A DNA stretch of 62,923 nt, the filler included, from Octopus bimaculoides (taxonomy: Eukaryota), in NCBI RefSeq assembly GCF_001194135.2. It is 3 parts of 3 records of this genome, joined end to end, with 100 filler letters (N's around TTAATTAATTAA, not from the genome) between each part and the next. Parts side by side here need not be neighbours in the genome. Positions count along the whole stretch, not along the records: positions 26,823 to 57,359 come from NC_068982.1; 2 more parts are not named here. One strand, written 5' to 3'. Under the pieces are notes generated by a model. The model saw only the letters and a program-made list of their open reading frames with translations, made no database searches and was not told the origin of the DNA. Shown in pieces: positions 37,916 to 50,529 of the stretch. The translations under genes and the position numbers were made by a program. Position 1 is the first letter of the stretch; each line of letters starts with the position of its first letter.

Positions 37916-38626
37916 AATTTTACATGTATCAACCTACACGAGTAAATGTGGGAATAACAAAACAGGGATTTTGGAAGAAGTATTTGTAAAACTGGTTTTT
38001 AAACATTGAATGACTTTAGGGGTCAACCAGAGTGAAATAGTAATCAAAGGGGTCCACAGGTAAAGAAAAAAAAATACGGATGAGAACCACTGCTCCTGAT
38101 GGTTATTCAACCTATGAAAAATAGCAATCAAATATCTCACATATTATAACCAACAATCTCAAAAAATGGAAAAATATACTGGATAATGCAATCCTAGATA
38201 GTCAATGACTGTGATATAAGGTGGTGTGGTCATGGTTGGACATCACAGGTGTGCTATATTTGATGACATTTGTTTCATTCCAAGATGACGACAATCGTTG
38301 ATGTGGCAGCGACAGAAGATGCATTAGCAGGACCGGTGGCAGGAGAATGAGGACTGCCACCTGCTGTGCTGTACATACGGTGTGCACCCTCATAACCTCA
38401 TCAGCTAAGAATATATGAAACTGTGGGCTGGGGTAGGGGTATTTTACTGTGGCCGGCACTTCAATGACATGGCGATTATTTCAATGACAACGGCCAATCC
38501 CTCATTTTTTTAGATCCATGGTCTACATTGCATAACATAAGTCTACAATGAATAATATTTATAGTGGAGCAGGTGGAGAGATATTTCCCAATATCACTCT
38601 TCACTGTGAAGGAGATAGATTTAGAA

Positions 38627-38890
38627 ACTTTTATATCCTTCTATACGTTGGATACACAAATTTCACGAAGCGGAAATAGACACAACTGTCTTCACACGAC
38701 GTACTTCAAATTACTCCATTAAACACGATACTCCAATAAATACAAACTCTCAACGACTTCCTTCGGCTTCCACGAACTCTCAACGACTCCTACTACTTCT
38801 CTCGTCTCAACCAATACGCTACTCTTCATAAGAGTTCGGCTAGTCCATTCTGTCAATCCCACAGGTGTGTCAACGACTCTCACCACAACA
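38627..38890 (-). repeat. 3' LTR
   Basis: acttttatatccttctatacgttggata...ccacaaca shared with 41885-42073, with substitutions and indels. Confidence 0.85.
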
Positions 38891-41884
38891 TTTGAGATTT
38901 ACTTCCTAGGGAAGTTTAATATTTCTACCATTTAGGCAATACTTCCAACCGTTCTGTTTGTTTCCTCTCTTGTACTGCCACGCCTAGGTGCGACTTGTTG
39001 TGGAGTTGGAACATCAAAGGTGTCGTAGAGCACTTCTAAGAGTATCTTTTTAGTTTTTTCCGTATATAATGGTTGAAATTTTACCGGTAATGACTTTGCT
39101 GCAAGGGCACAATATCTGCAGGATATTACCGACTTTTCAATGTCAAGGTCCATTGTAGGCCAATATACGTAACCTTTTATTAGTGATTTCATTCTTGGAG
39201 TCCCTGGGTGACCAATATGAAATTCCTTTAATAAGCGCTTTTGGAGTGCGGCTGGCACTGCGACTCTTTGTGCATACATCAACACATTGTCACACAGTGA
39301 GAAATGGTTTGCATTTGTGTTGCGCATATTTTAATTTTCTTTGGCCTTCAGTATTTCTTTCATTTTTATAATGAATTTGTCTTTCTCCCATTTTGATTGT
39401 ATGTCTGGTAACGTAACTGGCAATTCACGAATGACGTTACACAAAATATTTTTAATTTCATTTTCCGTCGCAAAGCATCAATCACAGTATCTTCGAATGG
39501 TTCCACGTTTTTTGAAATCAGTCTTGATAGACAATCTGCATGACCTAATTTCTTGGATGGTATATACTCTATCTTGAAATGGTAGTTTAATAATAACATA
39601 GCCCAGTGTTGTAACCTATTAGCAGAATAGGTAACAATTCCATTTTTCGACCCAAATATCGATAATAACGGTCGGTGATCAGTCTGTAGCCGTAAACCGT
39701 GCAAAAATCTGCGAAATTTTTTCACTGCAAAAATGATCGCTAGAGCTTCTTTTTCAATTTGATCATAATTTTTCTCTGCTGACATCAGAGAATGTGAGGC
39801 ATGAATCACTGCCTTGGTGTTACTATCCTTATATTTATGTAGTATTACTGCTCCTATATCATACTCAGTAGCGTCTGAAGCTACAACAATCTCCGCTACA
39901 GGAACGAAATGAGCTAACGACAAATCAGATATTAATATTAATTTGTCAAATGCCTTTTGGCAATTTTCTGACCGATTCCATTTCATATCTTTTTTCGGCA
40001 AATTATTCAGTGGAGCCCTAACCTCATGCATATTTGGGATATAATTTGGGTAATAATTTGCCAGTCCTAAAAATGCTTATAAGGTCGCTATATAAGTCAG
40101 AGGAGGCATATTTTTAATCTACGCCTGCTCTCGACGAGTCAGGTCGTCGTCCATTTCTGTCAATGATTTGTTCGAAATATTTTATTTCCGGTAAAAAAAA
40201 TTCATACTTTTCTTCACTCAAGGTAAAGTAATCCTTATTTTTTTCAAATATATATTTTACATGCTCGACGTGTTGATTCCTAGATTCGCTTTTAACGTCA
40301 TCCAGATATGGAATTACGAATTCACAGTCTGCTATCATTGCATCCATAATCTGTTGAAAACTTTTAAACCAAATAGTAACCTATACAGTCCTTTATGTGT
40401 GTTAACTGCTAGGTATTTCGAGTATTCATCGTCTACTCTAATTTTTAGGTACGCGTTGGAGATCTCCAATTTAGAAAATATCTTCCTACCGTTTAATTTC
40501 GCAAAAATATCCTCCGGAGTAGGTAGCGGATACTGGCACGTTTTAAAACATTCGTTTACACCAGTGGAAAAATCAGCGCACACTCTGATTTTATTATTCT
40601 TTTTCTTAATATACACAGTTGGTGCTGCCCATTCAGAATATTCCACTTTTTGGACAACTTCAGTTTTTTCTAGTCTCTCTAGTTCTTCATTGGCTTGCTT
40701 CATCGCTGCGAAGGGTACCATTCGTTTTGGTTCAAATGCTGGTATGACATTTTCTTTTATTTGAAAACACGCCTTTGTCTTGGTACACAGACATGATTTA
40801 TCGGACAGAACTTCAGTGAAAATATTTTTTCCTTTTCCTTTCAATTTGTCTGACGACTAGTCTTTACTGGAGGAAAAACTATTTATATTTTTACAGAACA
40901 GATTTATGGGGAGGTCCCATACATTAAGCAATTCTATCCTGTCAGTCCCGAACAAATTTGTTGCATTATTTAAGACAAAACTTTTACTTTCAAGGTTTTA
41001 CCCCGAAATGTGAGCTTTTATGTCCGATTTTTTAAACGGACAGTTATTTTAAAAATGTAGACCTCGCACCCATAGCATGGATTGGGCCTTGATCTTCGTT
41101 TTTCTTCTTCCTTAGCCGTTACAGGTCCTTTTCTCCGATTTCATTTGCATTATGTCGTAGATTAATAAGTCTCTGACACTCCTCTGCCACTGCCTGCTGA
41201 GTCAAATTCTGATCCTATTCTAATTTTGTCAATTTCCGGGCACGTACCTCTGCATCTTTGCTTGCAGTAAGCTCTTGAACAAAAATTAGACATTTGAAAA
41301 TGTCCGGGGTTAATTCTTTTAGTTTGAATTTTTCGTATTCTCGATTGACGACTGCGGCATAGGTGACAAAATCTTCATCACCTTTTTTTACTAAATCAAA
41401 CACTCCCAGCGAGCATTGAACAGGGAACTTTTCTCACTGAAAATTTTCGATAACAATTTAATTGTTTACATGCGGTGGCAGAATGTAGCTACAGTAGTTT
41501 CGTGATCGGCAAGGGATAATTTTCTTAAAAATATTCTTACCCTTTCATTGTCTGTCCAATTTTTGCATTCCTCTTTGAATATTTCTTCATATCTTCGGAA
41601 ATATGCAGAAAAAGTCATACCTTCTGCTGGGTTATAACTAAATTCTGAAATTGCGTTTGCTACGCCGTCGGGCGAGAACGGACCGGAAGTATTTTTGGAC
41701 TTCAGCATTAATTCCAGCAACTGTTGTTGTAATTGCTACTGTAACTGTTGTAGTTGTTGCTGCTGTTGCTGTTGCAACTGCATCACGGAGGCTAATAAGT
41801 CTTCCATGTTAACTCATTTTTCTTTGATTTTGTATCAAAAGAAAATGTTAACGCCCTACGTAAGCTTCGAATAAACTAGTCGCC

Positions 41885-42073
41885 ACTTTTATATCCTTCT
41901 ATACGTTGGATATACAGATTTCACGAAGCGAGGATAGATCCAAATGTCTTCACACGAGCTATTTCAAATTACTTTAAACACGATATTCCATTAAATACAA
42001 ACTCGATACTCCAATAAACACGATACTCCACTCGGTACCAGTTTGGTTAGTCCATTCTTCCAACGCCACAACA
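41885..42073 (-). repeat. 5' LTR
   Basis: Homologous to 38627-38890; followed on the minus strand by a TGGCG PBS. Confidence 0.85.
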
Positions 42074-43074
42074 AAAAACTAATACCAGCATTTAGCTCAT
42101 TTGAACCTATGCTAGTTGAGATCCAAACCACTGATACTGGAAGTAGAAAACTATTAACCAGCATCAGAAATTTCCTTAATGACATAGAATGCTTCTAACT
42201 AAAAGATACAATGTTGATATCAATTCAAACAATCTTTCAATGTTATATTCATTCAGCGGATCAAGTGACCACCAGAAGTATAGAAGTCTGTCGATGGATT
42301 AAGTTGGTACCCGTGAAACAAATAATATAACGGCATTTGGAAAGCATTTCTTTATAAAGACTTCTTTGACAGATGACCACATCCTTGTCTTTACCGCAAT
42401 AGAAGTCCACAGGAAAATTTTTGTTTTTCAGCAGAAAATATCCAGTTAAATATGGCCTTGTTTTCAGAAAGCTTCAGAATGTGATCAACATAAATAGCCA
42501 CAGTAGGACATCCCAGACCAACAACTGAGATATCAGATTTCACTTTGAAGTTAATTTTGTAATTCAGGGACAGAAAATAGTAATTGCAAATACCCGATAG
42601 GAGTAGGATTAGCGGTAGAGGTGCGACCACTGAGATAGGAAAACATCCAGTAAGCAACAAGCTTCATTCACCTAAACATCAAGACGACATCCATCCTTTA
42701 CTCATTCAAATATTCCAACCTAAGCCTACCAGTTCTACATGCAGAATTATGGATAGAATTTATAAGGGACCCGAAGCAAATCTTCCAGAAAAAAGTTAGA
42801 CAACACACACTTGTTACGTTGACAATCAGCCAAATAAACAAATAAAATAGCAACACTTATAACTCATCACCAGCTTACACATAATATAGAGATATAATAT
42901 AACAGTAGAATCAGTAGAAAATAAAGATTTGAAAGCATCGCCATTGAGAGGGTCATAAGTCTTAGTGAATTGTGAAATATTTCAAGGAAAAGAATTATAA
43001 ACAAACACCAATCAGTGTGTTTATAGAGTGTATTACACTGACATTTCCAAAATATAGAGTAGTATAAAACTATA

Positions 43075-43260
43075 TGAGGGTTGAAAGAGGCCTCGTGATA
43101 GGCGCGGCACCAGATGGCTGGACATGATTATGGAAGATATCCATGCAGAGGGGCTGGCATGGGACCGCCACCGATGAAGAGCACTGGTGGATCCCGTCGG
43201 CTCTACGAGTGATGACGTTTCTGGAATCACTAGCCTGGGATGAACCCATCAAAGAATAGC
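43075..43260 (+). mobile_element. RTE-like LINE 3' coding remnant
   Basis: EG*KRPRDRRGTRWLDMIMEDI...ATDEEHWW resembles the G.RPRGRP..RW.D...D....W..A.DR..W end of RTE ORFs. Confidence 0.5.
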
Positions 43261-43404
43261 ATGAGGCGAAGCGAGTATAATGCAAATCAATAAATAAAAC
43301 AGCTTGGGTTTGACATGCAAAATATATTTACAAGTAATTAGAAAGAAAGTAAAGACTGAAAATTTTCGGGCGATGAATATTCACCCCCCCCCCCCCACAC
43401 ACAC

Positions 43405-43578
43405 ACAACGGGCTTGTTTCCGTTTCCGTCTACGATATCCACTCACAAGCCTTTCGTCGGCCCGGTGATATACTGGAAAACACTTGACCCATAATAACAA
43501 GGTTCCGGATTCAGCGGGACTAAACCCGGAACCAGGTGGTTGAGAAACAAATTTCTTACCACACAGCCACGCCCACGC
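43405..43578 (-). mobile_element. SINE family A 5' part
   Basis: gggcttgtttccgtttccgtctacgatatccactcacaagcc...gactaaacccggaaccaggtggttgagaaacaaatttcttaccacacagccacgcc. Confidence 0.75.
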
Positions 43579-44330
43579 TTGCAACACATACATACATACA
43601 TACANNNNNNNNNNNNNNNNNNNNNNNNNNNNNNNNNNNNNNNNNNNNNNNNNNNNNNNNNNNNNNNNNNNNNNNNNNNNNNNNNNNNNNNNNNNNNNNN
43701 NNNNNNNNNNNNNNNNNNNNNNNNNNNNNNNNNNNNNNNNNNNNNNNNNNNNNNNNNNNNNNNNNNNNNNNNNNNNNNNNNNNNNNNNNNNNNNNNNNNN
43801 NNNNNNNNNNNNNNNNNNNNNNNNNNNNNNNNNNNNNNNNNNNNNNNNNNNNNNNNNNNNNNNNNNNNNNNNNNNNNNNNNNNNNNNNNNNNNNNNNNNN
43901 NNNNNNNNNNNNNNNNNNNNNNNNNNNNNNNNNNNNNNNNNNNNNNNNNNNNNNNNNNNNNNNNNNNNNNNNNNNNNNNNNNNNNNNNNNNNNNNNNNNN
44001 NNNNNNNNNNNNNNNNNNNNNNNNNNNNNNNNNNNNNNNNNNNNNNNNNNNNNNNNNNNNNNNNNNNNNNNNNNNNNNNNNNNNNNNNNNNNNNNNNNNN
44101 NNNNNNNNNNNNNNNNNNNNNNNNNNNNNNNNNNNNNNNNNNNNNNNNNNNNNNNNNNNNNNNNNNNNNNNNNNNNNNNNNNNNNNNNNNNNNNNNNNNN
44201 NNNNNNNNNNNNNNNNNNNNNNNNNNNNNNNNNNNNNNNNNNNNNNNNNNNNNNNNNNNNNNNNNNNNNNNNNNNNNNNNNNNNNNNNNNNNNNNNNNNN
44301 NNNNNNNNNNNNNNNNNNNNNNNNNNNNNN

Positions 44331-44389
44331 TCTGAGTTTCACGTTCCCGTTCATCGGACTGTCCGATGAACGGGAACGTGAAACTCAGA
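44331..44389. repeat. perfect fold-back, 29-bp arms around 1 nt (left arm abuts a gap)
   Basis: tctgagtttcacgttcccgttcatcggac-t-gtccgatgaacgggaacgtgaaactcaga. Confidence 0.95.
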
Positions 44390-44396
44390 GTAACAG
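44359..44396 (+). ncRNA. minimal hammerhead motif (U4C core CCGAUGA)
   Basis: CTGT-CCGATGA-ACG GGAA CGT-GAAA-C TCAGA G-TA-ACAG; near-palindromic CTCAGAG stem III; AATAAA then (TA)n downstream. Confidence 0.75.
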
Positions 44397-44461
44397 CCTT
44401 TTGTTATATTTCTGCTGCTTTTAAATAAAGTATATATATATATATATATATATATATGAGG

Positions 44462-44953
44462 GATGCCTGGAGGGGGTAACGCTGCCCTGGGTCAAGAGGG
44501 TGGTTGATGCAAGACCCTATGTTTAGCAACATGACTTTGTACCATGCTATACAAGCAGGAGAACCCAGTCATGGCTGTTAGACAATTTCTGCGACCACAT
44601 TGCCCCTAACATCTGGTCAGCTAACTTCCCAGACAGCAACCCCCTTCGTAATTATATGTGTGGTGCAGTTGAGACAAAGAAACTCCTTTTCACACTAAAG
44701 GTGAACTGAAGGCAAAGATTATGGCAACATTCAGCAACTTAAACAAAGAGACCGTCCAGAAGAGTTGCAGGAGATTCCGAAGTTGTTTGGGGGCCGTGGT
44801 TGGCGATTTTATTGGCGATTTTATTGAATAAATTTACTCTTAAGTATTTCAAGATGTTTTTGTGTAATATTGGTAGATATATCTGTTAAAATGAGATGTC
44901 AGTGTTACTTTCATTTTTGTGTAATTTAGACAGTTTATTCACTGCATCCTGTA
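44462..44953 (+). mobile_element. Tc1/mariner (maT/DD37D-like) 3' fragment with right end
   Basis: LPWVKRVVDARPYV*QHDFVPCYTSRRTQSWLLDNFCDHIAPNIWSANFPD..; ends catcctg|TA; same family as 52950-53552. Confidence 0.75.
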
Positions 44954-44965
44954 TGCATCTGTCTC

Positions 44966-45004
<39 letters not shown>

Positions 45005-45017
45005 GTCTGTCTGTCTG

Positions 45018-45079
<62 letters not shown>

Positions 45080-45475
45080 TCTTTATTTATATATATGCAT
45101 GCTCGAAATGAGGAGTAGACAAAACAGCCGACAACTGATAAAGGGTCGTTCTTTATGTTACTTGTCATGTTTTCCATTTGTCTCTTTCAATGTTCGCAAA
45201 AACAAATTCGTATTCCATATTTTCATATTTTGTATTTCATGTTGTTTTCATATTTTATGTTGTTTACGTTCTTTGATGTCCTGTACCCATATATGCATAT
45301 GTATATACATATATATGTACGTATGTATGTACATATATGTACTATATGTACNNNNNNNNNNNNNNATATATATATATATATATATATAAGTTCAAAAAAA
45401 CAATAACAAAAAACAACAAAGTGAAGACGTGATACGGATAGTGTTATTGGACGCTCAGGAAAGGAAAGAGAGAGT

Positions 45476-45510
45476 GTATGACGTTTCGGGCGTAGCCCTT
45501 CGTCGGAAAG
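45476..45510 (-). ncRNA. variant minimal hammerhead motif (CCGACGA + bulged A)
   Basis: Minus: CTTT-CCGACGA-A-GGGC TAC GCCC-GAAA-C-GTC-ATAC; ACGT stem III; stem I only partly paired. Confidence 0.55.
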
Positions 45511-45604
45511 ATGGAAAGTTCGGAGAATGGAAGTACGGAGAAAGAGGAAAATGGTATATTATTATATGATTGAATGCCACGCATCCATTTCCAAGTATAT
45601 ATAT

Positions 45605-45890
45605 TCTTTCATTCTTTTATTTATTTCAGTCATTTGACTGGGGCCATGCTGGAGTACCGCCTTTAGTCGAACAAATCGACCCCAGGACTTATTCTTTGTA
45701 AGCCTATTTCTTATACTATCGGTCTTTTTTTCCAAACCGCTAAATTAGGGGACGTAAACACACCCGTATCGGTTGTCAAGCGATGGTGGGGAGACAAACG
45801 CTGACACACAAACACACACACACACACATACATAAGACAGGCTTCTTTCAGTTTCCGTCTACCAAATCCACTCACAAGGCTTTGGTCGGC
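45605..45890 (-). mobile_element. SINE family A 3' two-thirds
   Basis: cagtcatttgactggggccatgctggagtaccgcctttagtcgaacaaatcgaccccaggacttattctttgtaagcc...ccactcacaaggctttggtcgg. Confidence 0.85.
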
Positions 45891-46099
45891 TACGCATATA
45901 CTTTTACAGTAGTAATTAACTCATGAATCTTTGTCCCAGGCTGGAATGGTGAGTATTGGAAAGTTGTGTATTAATCCATTTCCACGTGCTGGACGCGCGC
46001 GCGCACACACAAACACACAAACACACATATAGCTTTGGGACCCAGGATTTAATATATATTTTTCATATTAAATTAAAAGTTGAACTGTATGGCTAAAAC

Positions 46100-46600
46100 A
46101 CTACGACCACCGCCGATAAGCTCTACGCCCGCCACCACTAACACCAACTCGATCATTACCACTACTAAGTACTACCACCGTAGCTGTACTCGAAACATTC
46201 ACCAGTATGGTAATCACAAACAGCAACACCTCCCTTAACACTGCTGTCTCAACTACCACCAATACAAACAACACCATCACCATCAACAATACTCCACTGT
46301 CGTCATTTCCGCAGGCTAACTTACTAACAACAACAATAACAACAACGAACTGTAACTAAACACCTCTCTAAACAAACCCAATAGCTCTTAATACTGGAGC
46401 AGCTGCTGCCATAACACCACCAGCACTAGCACTACCACTGCTACTATCACAACCACCACCACCACCACCACCACCACCAAAACTATCTCCAAAACCACAA
46501 CCACCACCGCCACCATTATCATCCCCGTTACCCTTTCCACCTTCCCATCAACATCCAACCCCTTTACTATCATCACCACTACTAATACTACTACTACAGC
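46100..46600. repeat. degenerate (ACC/ACT/ACA)n low-complexity tract
   Basis: Direct reading; a similar tract lies at ~50030-50390. Confidence 0.8.
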
Positions 46601-46948
46601 GAAAATAAGTGATCACATCTGTCTGGTTTCGCAATGTCCACGTGCGACATTGTGTTTAAATGCCAGTATGCTTGTATGTGTGCATGAATCTATCTTCTTT
46701 CTTTTTCTTTCTCTCTCTCTCTCTCTTTCTATATATACATATATATATATATGTGCATGTATGCATGTATGTATGTATGTATGTATGTATATGTATGTAT
46801 ATATTAAATATATATATATAGATATATATATATGCATATATATATACATACATATACATACACGTCCATTCAGGATAAATTAGACTAAATACAGCAATGT
46901 AGGCTAATATACCACTCATCAAAAATACAACGCTCTAGTAGTAACAGC

Positions 46949-46991
<43 letters not shown>

Positions 46992-47682
46992 GTAGTAGTA
47001 GTAGTAGTAGTAGTAGATATTCTTCAAAACCCTTACATTTTCCAACCTCAGTCTGTGACTGACTACAATACCCCCAACATGTTGGTCCTGTTTTTCTGAT
47101 GGTAAGGTCTCATTTGAAAGAAATTTGGTCGCTATTTTAGACTGTCGAAGAAGAAAGAAACCTTATCATTTCGTCCACTGCTGCAGTTTCTTGTAGCAGT
47201 GTAGTACCTTTGAGTAGCTACGTAGAGTGAGCCAATATAGTGCTATATATCTTAGCACCACATGTAATAGAGGTGAGGGCAAAACACCGTTGACCAAATG
47301 ACCGTCAGTTATCCAAGCCATTCGGCCCTACAATGCTAACTCGTATGACAACCACCTAAAATACATTAAAGTTTTCTAACTTCATCATATCTTCTAATGA
47401 AGTTTGTATAAGGTTGTGGACAATTTGTGATGAAGAACTTGCAGGGTAATGAACGATTTACCAGGGTTTGAATAGGGTACTGAATAATTTGACAAAAATT
47501 CAAATAGCTGTATATGGGTACCGCATGGCAAAACAACCACTGAAACTACTTAAAACGAAGTAAGTATTTTAGGCTACATCGAAACTTTTACAGCTTTCGA
47601 TGGATTATTAGGCCAGCCTTGAAGAATCTGACTTCACGAAGTCTTGTCATCGGTGCAAGTCAAGAACCCATCCTAATTCATA

Positions 47683-48290
47683 TACGAGGGGAAATCCAAA
47701 AATTATCCGCACTTTCGCCAAAACTTTAGGTTGGCTACACTGCAAAAAGGTGGTATTCATGTGGTTAATTAACCGAGATTCAACGTTAATCGCTCCAGTT
47801 TTCTTTCTTGTGTTACCAAGTAAACATGATCACTCATCTAACAATGTATACCAAAGAAGAGAAAACGGTGATCCGATTTCTCTGCTCTGAAGGTATGTCA
47901 AGGGCTGAAATTCATTGCAAGCTTTCATTACAATACCTGATAGCGGTCTACCACGTAGAAGTGTATATGCGTGGATCAAGAAGTTAAAAATGGGTAAGGC
48001 CTTAATGGCCAATTAAAATGAAATAAAGAAGTTAAAAATGGCCGGACAAGAGTGAAGCACGAAGAAGCAGAACGTTCATCAACCTCTACCATTGACGTGA
48101 GGACTCAACAAGCTCAAGAGGACGTTATGGTGAACCGACAAGTGATCATCGATGGGGCTGTATGTTCACTGCATTCGAAATTATCCACAACAAATTTCGC
48201 TTCCGTAAAGTCTGTGCAAAATGGGTGCTAAGAGAGCTTAAGCACAATCTTGGGATCTGTCAGCGCTTACTAGATCGTTACAACGACGAA
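47683..48290 (+). mobile_element. mariner (DD34D-type) 5' fragment, degenerate
   Basis: Begins TA-CGAGGGG; translates TKEE..VIRFLCSEGMSRAEIHCKL..LPRRSVYAWIKK..GRT..IIHNKFRFRKVCAKWVLREL (WVPREL-like motif). Confidence 0.8.
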
Positions 48291-48368
48291 ATTGAATATA
48301 TACGTCATAAAATCTGGGAAACCGGCCGTATGAATTTAAGGCTCAGAAGGACCTTTGACCCTTTGATA

Positions 48369-48403
<35 letters not shown>

Positions 48404-49525
48404 TGTGTGCGTGCGAGACGCTTGTGTGTGTATAGTAGGTATAAAGTACAAATTAAACAGTAGTGCTCAACTTGGAATAGGAGTACAACGTAGATCAACT
48501 TCTTGGCAGATTACCACATTACTGATCTAGAGTAAGGATTACTCTACACCAAACTCATTTCTCCGGATTAAAAGGGAATAAAGTCTACTGCAACTGTCAC
48601 TCCTTGTTAGAATACTAATCATCGACACCGCCCACCATCTTAGTGGTATTCGTTCCAGATGGCTGCCCAGTCTCCTACGTTGCTGTTTGTATACATTATG
48701 CGTGTGCAGACACACGCATATATGTAATATATATAATCTTTCTTTCACTTTCTCTCTATATACATATATATACAGGGTACGTAAGGTATTTGAGAACATA
48801 CCTTTAGGGGTCATTGCTACATTTTTTGCTAAGCCTGTATAATCTTTGTTTCAGAAAATAATAATAGCAAACCCTCAGCTTACTCAAGAAATGAAGAGGC
48901 ATGCTGTTATTGTGGCTGAGCATCCCTTTTGAACGCATCTACAATAAACGACATATCTACCACGGCCTTAGAATAACACAAACACAGATGCAAATGTTAA
49001 AAATGATACATTCAAGAGATACCCAAGAATTCATTAAAAAACAGTCCCAATCACTGTCCCAATCCACAGCGAGTCACTTTTAGGTCACTTGACCATTTAA
49101 CATCCTACTACTATCATACCACCTGCATTCACTTATTATTCTCTCTTCTCTTTCTCTTTTTTCTTCCTCTCCGTCACATCCTTCCTTACTTTACTACTAT
49201 TTCTGTTTAGAATTACACCTACGCAAATATAAACAATACATTCAAAAGAGATATCAAAGAATTCAATCACTACTACCATCAACAACAAGTCACTTTCAGG
49301 GTACTTGACCATTTAACATCCTACTACTATCATGGCACTCCCGCATATTCTTCTTCTTCTTCTTCTTCTCTGCGAAGAATTCACAACGACCTCGAACCCA
49401 CAATAGTAAACAAGACAGAGAATGCAGAAACAAGGAAAATCTCCCTTGTATTTGAATACTATACAAATATTCTTTTAAAAACTTTTCTTTTAATTTTTCC
49501 AAAATTTAATTGTTTTCCATACTTA

Positions 49526-49561
49526 CAGTTGAAAAAGTCTCAATGACTGAAACCGGTACTG
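49526..49561 (+). ncRNA. minimal hammerhead motif, U3-A8 variant
   Basis: CAG-TTGAAAA-AGTC TCAAT GACT-GAAA-C CG G-TA-CTG: perfect 4-bp stem II, ACCGGT stem III, GUA site; (TA)n about 55 nt downstream. Confidence 0.75.
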
Positions 49562-49613
49562 AAATGTTTTTTATAAAATTATTTTAGCATTTTCTACCTT
49601 GACGTTTTTTTCC

Positions 49614-49656
<43 letters not shown>

Positions 49657-50471
49657 CATACATACAAACATACATGCATACACACATATGTATATATATC
49701 AGCCGGTGGCAATTTATAGATGGTGCAACGTTTTGCATGTGTGTATGTCTACGTGTTTGTGTATGCGTGTCTACGTGTATGCGCGTATAAATGCCTAGAT
49801 GCGTGTGTGTGTTGCGTGATGCCAGTGTGAGCGTATGTAGGCGTTTATTACTAATGAGCCACGGCTTACATCGAACCCTCCCTTCTTCTGTTGTCTGCGA
49901 AATTACCTCCACACCATTCCACCATCAACATTCTCTCATATCAACCACGCCCCCTACCACAGCCTATACTATAACATTGTTCTCCTGAAGCTCACTCATA
50001 ATACCCATAATATACTGTACCAACACTTTTTATTCTACAACAATGCTACTACCAATACCACCACCACCAATACCACCACCCCATCACCAACACTACCACC
50101 ACTGCCGTCGCCACCGCCGCTTTGACTGACGCCGCCGTCGCCTCCACCTCTACTACTGCTAAGCAATGAAGTAATAACAGCCACAACAACAACAACAACA
50201 ACAACAACAATACCAACACAACGACCACCATCACCACGAAAACAGCCATCACCATCACTCCCACCATCATACCACCACAAAACAACTTTAAAACAGGTAC
50301 CACCGCCACCAACACAGTTACCACCACCACAGAGGTGTTGATGAAACAGTACCTCCATAATCACTACGAACGCTTTCATCATCATTAAGTTGGCCTTGTT
50401 TTGTCAACTGGAGAATGATGGACCCTACCTTTGTAAGGTTTGAACTCGGAACATAAAATGTCGAAAGCAAG

Positions 50472-50529
<58 letters not shown>

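Larger units (their letters stand above)
38627..42073 (-). mobile_element. Ty3/Gypsy LTR retrotransposon (Mag/K02A2.6-like), degenerate, two internal deletions
   Basis: Direct repeats 41885-42073 and 38627-38890 starting TGTTGTGG; PBS-like TGGCGACT at 41878-41885; gag (ATG 41807, ANAISEFSYNPAEGMTFSAYFRRYEEIF), CCHC remnant, RT (SEWAAP..VCADF..YLDD), RNase H (VVASDATEYDIGAV..EKEALAIIFAVKKF), integrase HHCC (HIGHPG..YWP..CRYC). Confidence 0.92.

Noticed and set aside
38202-38459. GC-richer stretch with 85-aa minus ORF
   Set aside because: No recognisable domain and no consistent splice-site/frame combination.
38622-38630. AAACT next to both ends of the gypsy element as a TSD
   Set aside because: Requires a 2-nt offset from the inferred LTR ends; too ambiguous.
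41745-41790. Poly-Q tracts in gypsy gag (and in ORF1 at ~26945-26975)
   Set aside because: Simple CAG/CAA expansions inside retroelement ORFs; not evidence of a host gene.
42090-42830. Non-repetitive-looking 700 bp with short ORFs (42391-42660, 42584-42799)
   Set aside because: No recognisable motif in any frame; cannot support a gene or element call.
47580-47660. Minus-strand CCGATGA...GAAAGCTGTA hammerhead-like halves
   Set aside because: Stem II and stem I do not pair in register, and stem III is incomplete.
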